DNA of 64,000 bases from IMG/VR virus record IMGVR_UViG_3300030019_000008. One strand, given 5' to 3'. The notes beneath the pieces were generated by a model, which worked only from the letters and a program-made list of their open reading frames with translations, had not been told where the DNA came from and did not search any database. Of this stretch, positions 17,998 to 29,920 are shown in pieces. The DNA comes from a virus. Positions within the stretch are counted from its first letter, which is position 1. The number at the start of each line of letters is the position of its first letter. The position numbers were made by a program, and so were the translations under genes.

Positions 17998-18384
17998 TTA
18001 TTTGACGTATGACGAAACACACACCAGCAGCCCCACAGAAATAGCTCCCAGCACCAATACCACATCCATCAGCGTTTTGACGCGATGCTCGAGTTGCTCG
18101 ATCTTCTTATCGGTGGTGGACTTATAGGTAATGAGACTACTACCAGTTGATGCCACTTCATTAGCGATGGCGTGCACCATGCTCGCAGTGTTGAACCTGT
18201 CTGCATCTACAACTTCCTTGACTCCATTCAGATCCCTTCGGAGTTGCTGAAGTGAGATGCCTGCATTAGTGACAACGACATCGACCTCGTGCTTGAGCTT
18301 TGCCAGGTTGTCCGTCATCATCTTCGCATTAACATCGAAGACCTCAGTAGAACCATCAGCAGCATCAATTATTGTTGTGTTCAT
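17998..18384 (-). CDS. Coiled-coil protein with C-terminal membrane anchor
   Basis: C-terminal VVLVLGAISVGLLVCV; GGAG RBS. Confidence 0.7.
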   Translation of the reverse strand: MNTTIIDAADGSTEVFDVNAKMMTDNLAKLKHEVDVVVTNAGISLQQLRRDLNGVKEVVDADRFNTASMVHAIANEVASTGSSLITYKSTTDKKIEQLEHRVKTLMDVVLVLGAISVGLLVCVSSYVK

Positions 18385-18418
18385 AACTTCTAAACTCCAA
18401 AAAAAGAAAATGGATGGG

Positions 18419-18456
18419 ATATAGACTACTGCACATACGAGTGCAGTAGTCTATAT
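18419..18456. terminator. Hairpin (16-bp perfect stem)
   Basis: atatagactactgcac-atacga-gtgcagtagtctatat. Confidence 0.65.
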
Positions 18457-18458
18457 TT

Positions 18459-18809
18459 TTAGATCTCTTTGACTTCCAACTTACAAAACTCCAGAGGCAT
18501 CACAATCTTCATCCGAGTATCCGGAGTGAATTCCACCTGCCAGAGAAGCTCTTCCGTATCCTTGTCGATAGTACGCAAGAACGAGCTATGAAGATTCTCG
18601 TTCGTAACATCGACCTCCATCCGGAAACGATTGAAGTTCAGATGACGCTGAACAAACTTGATCGCACTTTCCAGAGTGGAGATCTCCCGGCTGACCAGGG
18701 CATTACGATACGCCACCAGGTCTTCAGGCCCCATCATGAACGTCAAAGGAGCAGCACTGGTAATGACGTCAGCACTGCCGTCTATTGGATAATTCACATA
18801 GGGGGACAT
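18459..18809 (-). CDS. Hypothetical protein
   Basis: 116-aa ORF with GGAGG RBS. Confidence 0.7.
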   Translation of the reverse strand: MSPYVNYPIDGSADVITSAAPLTFMMGPEDLVAYRNALVSREISTLESAIKFVQRHLNFNRFRMEVDVTNENLHSSFLRTIDKDTEELLWQVEFTPDTRMKIVMPLEFCKLEVKEI

Positions 18810-18811
18810 GA

Positions 18812-19015
18812 TTACCTCCTGGGGAAAGGAACGCTATCGTAAGCCTTTCCATTCCCATTCAAGTAGGCATAGTCTTTGTTGTCACACAGCGGTCGAAACC
18901 GATGAATGGACATCTTGTCGATCATGGCTTGGGACAGATCGCTGACAGCCAGAGTGGTTTGACCAGTCAGGAACTTGGATGGATTGGCGTTGAATTTGTG
19001 TTCAGGCATTTTCAA
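18812..19015 (-). CDS. Small hypothetical protein
   Basis: 67-aa ORF abutting the next gene. Confidence 0.5.
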   Translation of the reverse strand: MKMPEHKFNANPSKFLTGQTTLAVSDLSQAMIDKMSIHRFRPLCDNKDYAYLNGNGKAYDSVPFPRR

Positions 19016-19141
19016 TTTTGTGCTTCGTGAGTTAATCGGGATGTGAGTGGAGGAATCGCATACGATTTATCATGTCCATTTAAAAATGGATCTTAACTAC
19101 TGCCACAGCAAACCAAATGTCTGCTGTGGCTTTGGGACTAC

Positions 19142-20023
19142 TTACTTGGCGCGAGCGTTCTTCTTACACTCAGCAGCAACCTGCAGAGCGAGGCTATTGG
19201 TAATGTCGGAAATAAACCCGAAAATACCCGAGATAGAATCTCTAGACTTCTTATATCTCGGGTGATCGAAGTCGGCGCGTTCATTTTGCAGAACAGACAA
19301 TTGAGCAGCCCACTCTTTTATCCGAGCACTCACATTCTCACTATCCTGCACTGCCTTGGTAAAGAGATTGATGGCATAGACTACTGAAGCCACAAATTCG
19401 GGAGAATTAGGAGCTACGTCACGATAATAGTTTTCATGCTTGTCGGCCAGCTTATACCACTCCCTCAGCAAAACTCCCTTGAATGCTCGGCACTTGTTTA
19501 TACCGCTATGAGAAAGACCGACATGATAAATAGAGTCCCAAACATCTTTCTTAGAATTACCTGTGAAGGGGAGCTTAGCGACCAGAGTGCCACCGCCCTT
19601 ACCGATCTTGGAATGGCGTATTCCAGACGCCACACCAGTATGAACGTAGATCCGAGGGTTAGGGTCAGGATTCCGCAGAAGTTTCTCTCCAGTCGCATAC
19701 TCGATTTTGAGTAAGCTATAGCAGTGGACTTGCTTTCCAAATACATCACAGTATCGCGAACTGCTCATTCCATACCACGAGCCCACGATACGAATGGCTT
19801 TCCGTATCACAGAAGCCTTGATCCCGTTGCCACTTCTCACTTTTTTAAGAACAGCCAAAGCCTCGGGTTCAATATTATTGAGAATCTGGTCAATGTTGGT
19901 ACTTGCAATAATGGAGGCCCACTTGTCTGAGATGTCGACAGTGAAATTCCTTCCAGTCTCAATGACTACATCTGCCATCGGTTTGTAACCAAAACCAGCA
20001 TCTACTACAATACGCTTACTCAT
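19142..20023 (-). CDS. Hypothetical protein
   Basis: 293-aa ORF with AAGGAA RBS, downstream of a promoter-like motif. Confidence 0.75.
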   Translation of the reverse strand: MSKRIVVDAGFGYKPMADVVIETGRNFTVDISDKWASIIASTNIDQILNNIEPEALAVLKKVRSGNGIKASVIRKAIRIVGSWYGMSSSRYCDVFGKQVHCYSLLKIEYATGEKLLRNPDPNPRIYVHTGVASGIRHSKIGKGGGTLVAKLPFTGNSKKDVWDSIYHVGLSHSGINKCRAFKGVLLREWYKLADKHENYYRDVAPNSPEFVASVVYAINLFTKAVQDSENVSARIKEWAAQLSVLQNERADFDHPRYKKSRDSISGIFGFISDITNSLALQVAAECKKNARAK

Positions 20024-20072
20024 TTCTATGTTCCTTTGTTAAAAGGTCCGAGACTAAAACAGTCTCACAAGA

Positions 20073-20092
20073 GTAATAAGTGATTGTAGAAA
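20073..20092 (-). promoter_or_regulatory. Putative early promoter motif (degenerate)
   Basis: - strand tttctacaatcacttattac. Confidence 0.5.
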
Positions 20093-20121
20093 TCTACAGC
20101 AAAAAAAATGCGGCATAGGAC

Positions 20122-20157
20122 GTATCTAGCTAGAGGGAAATCCCTCTAGCTAGATAC
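20122..20157 (-). terminator. Terminator hairpin
   Basis: gtatctagctagaggg-aaat-ccctctagctagatac; A8 at 20101-20108. Confidence 0.75.
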
Positions 20158-20179
20158 TATCGACTATTGTCCGAGTCGC

Positions 20180-20572
20180 TTAGCGGTTCGGCGGCGGAGC
20201 AGATTGGTCGGTCGTGGGAGCGCCGGCCTTCAGCGAAGTGGCGATCGACAGATCTTCACCGGCTTCAACCATGATGTCGTCGGTGTCGGCGGCGGTCTCG
20301 CCATCTTCTTCCTGCGCACCCTGCGCAGGCCAGTCATCCGGCACCTTGTTGAGTTCGCGCGGGTCTTTGCCCGGATAGCCGGTCAGCAGGGGGAGCCAGT
20401 TGCCGGACTGGACCGCGTAATCGCGGGCCTGGGTGAGGGCGGCGAAGTGGGCCTTGACGTTCTCGGCGACGCCGTCGAGCTGGCCGCGGATGCGGGCATT
20501 CAGGGCTTCGGTGATTTCGGCGGGGAACAGGCCAGCGGGAACTTCAGCAACTTCCGGGATTTCGATGATCAT
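20180..20572 (-). CDS. Hypothetical acidic protein with high-GC codon usage
   Basis: 130-aa ORF; GGAG RBS; line 20401-20460 is 42/60 G+C. Confidence 0.8.
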   Translation of the reverse strand: MIIEIPEVAEVPAGLFPAEITEALNARIRGQLDGVAENVKAHFAALTQARDYAVQSGNWLPLLTGYPGKDPRELNKVPDDWPAQGAQEEDGETAADTDDIMVEAGEDLSIATSLKAGAPTTDQSAPPPNR

Positions 20573-20649
20573 GTGTAACTCCAGTTGTTAATTGGTTTTG
20601 TGATGTGGCGTGCTACTCTGCACATAAGTTCTATGCGAATGATATTTTC

Positions 20650-20901
20650 TTACTTGCCCTTAATGAGTTCGGTCAGTTTCACTACTTTTACATTGCGAGC
20701 TACGTACGTTATGCATTCACAGTTAATGCAAGGCTTGGTCATATATCCGCGCACATCGTTACGAGCAAACGAAGGTCTCGCATACCAGTAACTGACAACG
20801 TGACCACATGAGTGCATGACTGAGAGAGTGGACCCAAATACTTCTTCAGATCCAGAGATCTCATACGGGTGGTCTTTATCAACCACTGGGCAACCCCACA
20901 T
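20650..20901 (-). CDS. Small putative Zn-binding protein
   Basis: HSCGH...PCINC motif; true start probably a few codons later. Confidence 0.5.
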   Translation of the reverse strand: MWGCPVVDKDHPYEISGSEEVFGSTLSVMHSCGHVVSYWYARPSFARNDVRGYMTKPCINCECITYVARNVKVVKLTELIKGK

Positions 20902-21100
20902 ACAGACCCTGGCTGTCGATGCAGGCCTTCAGAGAGCGAAGCTGCGGATGGGACATGGTAATCACATTCAGTCCTGTATCCGTAAATTCCACCTCGAGCG
21001 TGGCATAGAAAGCACTGTTGTCTTTTGCCACCACCTGACACCACACTTCCTTATCAGGATCGAGCTGATCCAGCAATTCCTTTATTTGAGCAGGTTTCAT
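20879..21100 (-). CDS. Hypothetical protein
   Basis: 73-aa ORF with AGGA RBS. Confidence 0.65.
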   Translation of the reverse strand: MKPAQIKELLDQLDPDKEVWCQVVAKDNSAFYATLEVEFTDTGLNVITMSHPQLRSLKACIDSQGLYVGLPSG

Positions 21101-21112
21101 TTCTGATTCCTA

Positions 21113-23891
<2,779 letters not shown>

Positions 23892-23907
23892 CTATGTAAA
23901 TTGGTCT

Positions 23908-24558
23908 CTAGACAACTACGACGAAATCCTTCGACTTGTGCCAGAGCACATCTGACACGATCGCCGCGAGTGCTTCATTGTTGGGATAGTCGCCCACGTT
24001 TTCCTTCCAGGTGTCGGCGATGACATTGACGGAATTGGCACGCTTGAAGAATTCTTCGACTGTGATGACGCCACGCCTCCAGTCGGACCCTCGTGTACTG
24101 ACATCGTTGGCAGCTCGTTCACCATCCACGAACGTCAGCGAATTGAGCATCATGACATAACCGCCGCCTTCACAAACTACGACGTCAAACTGCCAGTCAA
24201 CCGGATCTTCAGAGATCACTGCATTCCCAACAGAACAGACGAGTGTATAGCGCACCACGCTTTTGACGGAGCTGAATCTGGGATACCCGAGAACAACTGC
24301 CATCTGATAACAGGCTTTTTGCTGATCGCTATTGCCGATGGTGGTTGAGTCATCTCCCATCAGTTTGAATGATATCCCTCCCGCATTCACGATTCCGGCA
24401 GTAGGACCATCACCAGAGAGGGTGAAGATGAAGTCATCGAGGAGCTTGTTCAGTTCATTGTCAATGATTGCGCTATCCTCGAGAATCTGATAACCGTTCT
24501 TCATCTGCTCACCTTCAGTAGGAACAAACTGAGAAAACACACGAGCAATTTTGTTCAT
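23908..24558 (-). CDS. Hypothetical protein
   Basis: 216-aa ORF between the queC-like gene and ligA. Confidence 0.7.
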   Translation of the reverse strand: MNKIARVFSQFVPTEGEQMKNGYQILEDSAIIDNELNKLLDDFIFTLSGDGPTAGIVNAGGISFKLMGDDSTTIGNSDQQKACYQMAVVLGYPRFSSVKSVVRYTLVCSVGNAVISEDPVDWQFDVVVCEGGGYVMMLNSLTFVDGERAANDVSTRGSDWRRGVITVEEFFKRANSVNVIADTWKENVGDYPNNEALAAIVSDVLWHKSKDFVVVV

Positions 24559-24562
24559 CGTT

Positions 24563-25369
24563 TCACTTTTCTCCGCTTTTCAGTACCAGCTTCTTGGTTC
24601 TCTTTTTGGGTTTGGGATCAACTTCTTTGATTTTTGGATTACCGCACCGTTGCAAAGTCTCGCCGTGCTTGTAGCGTTTATAGATGTCAATCTTCTCGCG
24701 AGTCTCACAAGGCGTACAGCCGCCGCATGGGACGATCTTCCCATCCTTCTCATGAGGAGTCTCACACGTCCAGGTCAGATCCACTAGTTCTTTGGGCATG
24801 CTCTCCAAGATAAGCTCTTTGCTGACTGCACACATATCGAAGTGTAGAGGGGCTATCTCATCCGACATCTTGAGAATCCTGAACAGACTCTTCCATGCAT
24901 CTTGCAAAATGGGGAGGTAGGGAAGAACACAGTCACCGCTCACATATCCGATATGGAACGAATCATTCTTGGCTGGATCGAATGCGTAAAGTCCTGCCAT
25001 CAGATGAAACAGCACCTGAGAAAATGAGATCTTGTTGTAGGCCTCCCCCAGGACGAAGACCGTTTGCCCAAAATTGGTGTTCTTAGCGACAGACATGCCG
25101 GTGGAATGATCCACCACGCTGATGTTACGAATCTTGAATGGCGAAGTCTTGGAGAGGTACTCAATCACTGCTTCACGTGCCGCAGCTTCTGCTTTCATCT
25201 TCAAATCACCCAAATTTTTATCACTGGTATGATAGACGATGTCGACGTTGGTGACATTGAGCAGACACCACAGGTAATACGTGGAGTCCAACCCACCCGA
25301 AAAGAGCAGTAGAGGAACCTTCTCGTCTCTGACCTTATTGTAATCGTATCTCGAAAAATTGGGTATCAC
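24563..25369 (-). CDS. queC: QueC-like PP-loop ATP pyrophosphatase (7-cyano-7-deazaguanine synthase family)
   Basis: PP-loop LLFSGGLDST; Zn motif TWTCETP...PCGGCTPC. Confidence 0.8.
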   Translation of the reverse strand: MIPNFSRYDYNKVRDEKVPLLLFSGGLDSTYYLWCLLNVTNVDIVYHTSDKNLGDLKMKAEAAAREAVIEYLSKTSPFKIRNISVVDHSTGMSVAKNTNFGQTVFVLGEAYNKISFSQVLFHLMAGLYAFDPAKNDSFHIGYVSGDCVLPYLPILQDAWKSLFRILKMSDEIAPLHFDMCAVSKELILESMPKELVDLTWTCETPHEKDGKIVPCGGCTPCETREKIDIYKRYKHGETLQRCGNPKIKEVDPKPKKRTKKLVLKSGEK

Positions 25370-25388
25370 ATTGATTGTCCTATGTAGT

Positions 25389-25424
25389 CATTTACCACCA
25401 TCCTGTTTTGGATGGTGGTAAATG
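25389..25424. terminator. Hairpin (15-bp perfect stem)
   Basis: catttaccaccatcc-tgtttt-ggatggtggtaaatg. Confidence 0.6.
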
Positions 25425-25435
25425 CACGTGTGTTA

Positions 25436-26683
25436 TTAGAAGTTCATCGTCGCAAGCAGACTGTTGCCATTCCTGACGACCTTATTCCAGCCACAGGCGT
25501 AGAGCATAACCGCCACAGCCTGAACAACTACGTTATGCCGGTGGGCGCTTGACGTGCAAAAGCCCGTCCAAGTTACAGCCCTATCAAAGCATTCTGCGAT
25601 GCCCTTTGGCACAAAGGGATTATCTTCGCTAGCTCTGATGCGCGCTATTGCCGATTCGTATATGCTCGAAACACTATCGAAGCACAAGTAAACGCTGGGG
25701 TCGTTTTTGGAGGCAGCGCCCGGATCAGGAATGCAGTCGGCGAAGATCAAATTCGGGACAGATCCGTGATTATCTTTCAAAGTCCTGGAACTTATGATCA
25801 AACGTCCACGTTCCGCTATAAGCGAGTGACTGTACAGATCTTCGGAAACATCGTCCTTGATATAAAACGCTGAACGGTAAAGCATGCCCTCACGGATGTG
25901 CCCAGTCGGGTTCTGCGTTTTCTGTATCAGCCTTAGCATGAGGTTGCCAATAGTGTCGTAATAACCGAGCTTGTAGACTGCATACCTCTCATCACACGTT
26001 TGTTTCCTGGGAGGGCGAGAACCAGGGACGCACCGGCTTTCAAGACTGTCGAATATATTGACCAGCGTCAAAACACTATCTGCAAGACTGCAGATCTTTT
26101 CGGCAATATCGCCAACGGGCGTTCCACCGACCCGTTTGAATGCGATGAAAAACCCACTCGCGTCGATAACCGGATTATCCTGCGAATACTGTTCAACATT
26201 AGACATGTTCATAACAGGAACTTCCATTATGCCGTCCATATTTGTTTCCTTGAAGGCGTGTTTGATGGCCTGCTCCACACCAAAGATGACAGATGTGGGC
26301 TTATTCATACCCCGAAAGTCGATGCTCTGGATATCGCAAGCAACGGAGGCAGCATCAGCAATGATTTTTCCAGCCAGTACTACGGCTGCTTCAAGGATTG
26401 TCTGGTCAGGCTCCTCGGACTTTTCTTTGGTATCTTCCGCTTCAGTGGGCTTCTTCGAGTCGGATTGGGCTTCAGCATCCATTCTCGTCCTGAGGCCGGG
26501 CTTGCGGGTAGAGCGGTTCGCTGATTGCTTCGACTTCGGGACACTCTTCACTTCATCGATAACAACCGTCTTCACGATCTCTTCTTTCTTAGCGACAGGC
26601 TTACGAATGCGCTGAGGGCGATCCTTCCCATCCTTAACAGGCTGGAAGTTTTCATCAGTGATACCAGTGCCGATCTTAAACAT
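25436..26683 (-). CDS. Hypothetical protein, paralog family C (charged N-terminal extension)
   Basis: C-terminal VAVMLYACGWNKVVRNGNSLL similar to 26747-27649. Confidence 0.75.
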   Translation of the reverse strand: MFKIGTGITDENFQPVKDGKDRPQRIRKPVAKKEEIVKTVVIDEVKSVPKSKQSANRSTRKPGLRTRMDAEAQSDSKKPTEAEDTKEKSEEPDQTILEAAVVLAGKIIADAASVACDIQSIDFRGMNKPTSVIFGVEQAIKHAFKETNMDGIMEVPVMNMSNVEQYSQDNPVIDASGFFIAFKRVGGTPVGDIAEKICSLADSVLTLVNIFDSLESRCVPGSRPPRKQTCDERYAVYKLGYYDTIGNLMLRLIQKTQNPTGHIREGMLYRSAFYIKDDVSEDLYSHSLIAERGRLIISSRTLKDNHGSVPNLIFADCIPDPGAASKNDPSVYLCFDSVSSIYESAIARIRASEDNPFVPKGIAECFDRAVTWTGFCTSSAHRHNVVVQAVAVMLYACGWNKVVRNGNSLLATMNF

Positions 26684-26746
26684 TTTCAGTTTCCTTTTCT
26701 GCTATTTGTTTTTGAGGTTAACAACTGTGAGACAACGAAAGATCAA

Positions 26747-27649
26747 TTAGTCGAAATTCTTCTCTTCAGAAATAAGAATCAAACTCTTTCCCACCATGAT
26801 GACTTTATCCCATCCAATGGAGTATGCCATTGCAGCCACTATCTCGGATGTGCGTTTGCATGAAGTCTCATTACGCATCACACTACGACCACCACCGATC
26901 TGTATAGATAACTTCATACCGCAGTCTGCCATGGCAGAAAGAGGAAATGTAGTCAGCTTCTCGATGAATTCATCATAAATGCGATGCACCTCATGCATGC
27001 TCAGACACACTGCCGGCGTATTGACAGATACATCGTAGACGCTGGGAAGCAGTTTCCCATAGAAGGTTTCAGGCACCTGAACCGCCTCACCTTCTGTCAT
27101 CTGCGGATAGATGTAGAGCATGCCTTGAACTGGCACGCAGTGACTGCCAAACACACAGCTGCCCTGAGGTTCTTGCAGGTAGTACACCCCTCCTTCCAAT
27201 GAGAGGGAGGGGATGAAGCAGTCTTGTGTATTCCTGGACAGCTTTATCAGGATGTTCTTCATCAGCAGTTCAGCTGGTCCTGCACCCAGAGCAACATGAT
27301 AGTTGTCCAGATTGATACCAGCGCTCTCACATTGTTCCAACAACTCACACACTTTACCGATTGTTGGAACTTGAGATCCCAATCCACCAATGTTGTACCT
27401 GGCTCTCTGAAAGAACTTCATGAAGTTCAGGTACTTCCCGAAAGGCCAAATCCGATGCACGCCCTTGATCTGGGTTATGGCGAACATCTGATTGATGGTG
27501 TTGTTAGTTGCATTCCTCAGTGCGTTTGCCTCCTCAGTACCTTGAGAAGGGTTGGTATGGATCAGATCAACAGTACGAACATAAGCCAGAGCTTCTTCAA
27601 TGGCTTCATTGAGATCACACATGAGTTGATTGTTGGTATTGTCAGTCAT
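26747..27649 (-). CDS. Hypothetical protein, paralog family C
   Basis: C-terminal VAAMAYSIGWDKVIMVGKSLI. Confidence 0.75.
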   Translation of the reverse strand: MTDNTNNQLMCDLNEAIEEALAYVRTVDLIHTNPSQGTEEANALRNATNNTINQMFAITQIKGVHRIWPFGKYLNFMKFFQRARYNIGGLGSQVPTIGKVCELLEQCESAGINLDNYHVALGAGPAELLMKNILIKLSRNTQDCFIPSLSLEGGVYYLQEPQGSCVFGSHCVPVQGMLYIYPQMTEGEAVQVPETFYGKLLPSVYDVSVNTPAVCLSMHEVHRIYDEFIEKLTTFPLSAMADCGMKLSIQIGGGRSVMRNETSCKRTSEIVAAMAYSIGWDKVIMVGKSLILISEEKNFD

Positions 27650-27697
27650 CTATCTTCTTTCATGAAATAAAACATGTATTGAAACCAAGTCGTAATG

Positions 27698-27725
27698 GTA
27701 ATGTATGTTTGAAATACTTTTGAGT
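27698..27725 (-). promoter_or_regulatory. Putative early promoter motif
   Basis: - strand ctcaaaaagtatttcaaacatacattac. Confidence 0.7.
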
Positions 27726-27729
27726 ATAG

Positions 27730-28195
27730 TAGTATTTTTTTACTTGAGTATAACTATCTTCTGCATCGAATACTACTAGCACTGTTTACTCTTATGTAAG
27801 CTAGGAAAATGTCGTTGCCTAGGCTAACCCCTCTGTCTCGGTATGTCTCTCTCGAAGCATATATCGAACCGTAGGTGAGATAGGTATGAGCTCTCTTCCC
27901 GTGAGGAACGAACTAATCTTCTTTTGACTCTAAGACGGCATAGATAGCTATTTTGGGGGCGAAGCCCCCTGTAGTAGTAGTAGTAGTATTCATAGTATTT
28001 ATTATAAGAATAAAAAAGAGAGAATATACGCAGTAATCAGAAAGTCAGATACCTCCTCTTCCTAATCCAAGGAAGAGAGTAGGAATATCTTGAAACTCAC
28101 CCTGGAACAAAAGAAAAAAGAATGATGAGAAGAAACAGACACTCCCACTACCTCTCCCTAGAAATGGGAGTGAGGTAATGGGGTATATGCCGCTA
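27730..28195. other. ORF-free region with (GTA)6, a GCGAAGC mini-hairpin and further hairpins; candidate origin or structural site
   Basis: gggggc-gaa-gccccc at 27955-27969, (gta)6 at 27971-27988, AT-rich tract following, hairpins at ~28056-28078 and ~28145-28184. Confidence 0.4.
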
Positions 28196-28199
28196 TGGG

Positions 28200-28661
28200 T
28201 TAGCCGAAGATCTGTCTGTGGGTGCCATTGTAGCTTTGCCAGATATCAGGATCAGCAAAGAAGTTGAATACCTCCTTGGGAGCATCAAACTCAGGCTTGA
28301 AGATTTGATTGGAGAGATAGGCTTGGAATAGATCAGCAGTTTGCTTGAAACGTGCAGCCACCCTTTCGAAATCATCGACACTATATTCAATCCTCTCATA
28401 GCCATCATCATCGGCTTTGGTGAGGTAGATGGATGTGATGGAGTACATGCCAATGTACGCTTTACTGATCTGAAGATTGGCGGTCAGACAGTAGTCGGTG
28501 TGACTGATGTTGAATTGAATACCCGCGATAGCCTGACGAAATTCACTGAAGTCATGATTGCAGCCGCGCAATTCGATATTGAAGCCGAGTTCAGAGGGGA
28601 TGCTCAGCGCTTCTTCAAGCGCAGCCTTGAGCTCAGTCGCATTCTTAAAGATTCTTTCCAT
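28200..28661 (-). CDS. Hypothetical protein, divergent paralog family D
   Basis: ITSIYL...IEYSVDDFERVAARF. Confidence 0.7.
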   Translation of the reverse strand: MERIFKNATELKAALEEALSIPSELGFNIELRGCNHDFSEFRQAIAGIQFNISHTDYCLTANLQISKAYIGMYSITSIYLTKADDDGYERIEYSVDDFERVAARFKQTADLFQAYLSNQIFKPEFDAPKEVFNFFADPDIWQSYNGTHRQIFG

Positions 28662-28677
28662 CTTTGATTATTCCTTG

Positions 28678-29223
28678 TTAAACAGCCATGATGGTGACTC
28701 GGGCTTTACTAGCATGAGCCTGATTGACATCATTCAAAAACATAAGAAAGCCACGTCGGAGAGACTGAGTCTTCTCTGCTGTGAAGGGTATGTCCATTAG
28801 GATAAATGAACCCCTGATATTTGAACAGTGGAGAGCATATCTGTTACTGGCTGCGAGGAGTGCTTCGTACGGGTAGGAGATCAGGATGTTCTCATTGAGG
28901 TCATCAGGGATTATGAATTCAATGGACTCCACCGAAAGAGTCTCTTCCCCTCTGATAGACCATGCTCTGGTAGTGTGAAGGGTGAAGGGAAAATTGATTT
29001 TATGGGTGTGGATATCCCCGGTGATTTGAAAGTGCTGAATGCGCCGATCACTGACCATCCGCTTCCAAGCTATGTCGTACGAGTCCTTTGTGAGATCGAA
29101 CTTTACGACATAGTCGGGGTTATTCTGGTAATCGGGATTGGAAAACTCAAAGAAGCGAGTGAACGCATCAGTGAGCCTTTGAGGAGCAAGCTCATCAAAG
29201 AGTACTTCAATATGTTCAGTCAT
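28678..29223 (-). CDS. Hypothetical protein, divergent paralog family D
   Basis: VESIEF...ISYPYEALLAASNRY. Confidence 0.7.
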   Translation of the reverse strand: MTEHIEVLFDELAPQRLTDAFTRFFEFSNPDYQNNPDYVVKFDLTKDSYDIAWKRMVSDRRIQHFQITGDIHTHKINFPFTLHTTRAWSIRGEETLSVESIEFIIPDDLNENILISYPYEALLAASNRYALHCSNIRGSFILMDIPFTAEKTQSLRRGFLMFLNDVNQAHASKARVTIMAV

Positions 29224-29247
29224 GATTGTTTATATCCTCTATTCTTT

Positions 29248-29799
29248 TTAAGGCTGAAGGTTGACGGCGGTATCAGAGCCGTACTGAAGAACTACGTCAT
29301 CGCGCAGCAGATACCGAACGAATTCCTGAGAAGCATTGATGTAACAGTTCATACCGGTGCGAGTATCCAGGATAGCCTGCACAACACTACTGAATTGATT
29401 GGCAAAATTATTGACGGCTTTACAGAACATGTCGATCTTGTATTCGACCTGCATCTTGGCTTTAACGGCACCGTTATTGTAGCTGATATCGGTCGATATG
29501 CTAATCGCCTCAATATCAAATGATGCTTTACCTTCAGAGATGCTTTCACCGTGCTCTTTGAGCACAATCAGGATGGGCACACTCGTAAGGCCGTTGATTG
29601 CCGCCGACATAGTCAGAGTGCGTGAATTAAAGACGCCCAGATGAGTATCCATATGCAGGCCACGAATGCGAGGAATAAAAGTAATCTGTTGATCCACGAG
29701 TGCGGCTTCGAGATGAACAGCCGCATTAAGTTTGCTCAGGACATTCTGAACTGTGGTGAGTTGCGTGAAGTCTTCGGGGGAGTTGAGCTTGGTAGGCAT
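29248..29799 (-). CDS. Hypothetical protein, divergent paralog family D
   Basis: IEAISI...VEYKIDMFCKAVNNF. Confidence 0.7.
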   Translation of the reverse strand: MPTKLNSPEDFTQLTTVQNVLSKLNAAVHLEAALVDQQITFIPRIRGLHMDTHLGVFNSRTLTMSAAINGLTSVPILIVLKEHGESISEGKASFDIEAISISTDISYNNGAVKAKMQVEYKIDMFCKAVNNFANQFSSVVQAILDTRTGMNCYINASQEFVRYLLRDDVVLQYGSDTAVNLQP

Positions 29800-29851
29800 G
29801 AGTCTTTCTCCTGTTCATGTATGTGTGAATGGCTGATATAGCCATACCCCC

Positions 29852-29877
29852 TCACATCCCTTACATAAGGGATGTGA
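29852..29877. terminator. Hairpin
   Basis: tcacatccctt-acat-aagggatgtga. Confidence 0.55.
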
Positions 29878-29920
29878 AAGTGTGCTGTTAGTTCAGATGT
29901 TAGTCTAACACTTCTTTATG

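Noticed and set aside
17623-18384. Spanin pair (membrane proteins, possible lipobox)
   Set aside because: The larger protein is anchored at the C-terminus rather than the N-terminus, the lipobox match is weak, and the genes are split by an early-promoter-like motif
24563-25369. Complete 7-deazaguanine DNA-modification system
   Set aside because: Only a QueC-like gene is visible; the other required genes are not in this window
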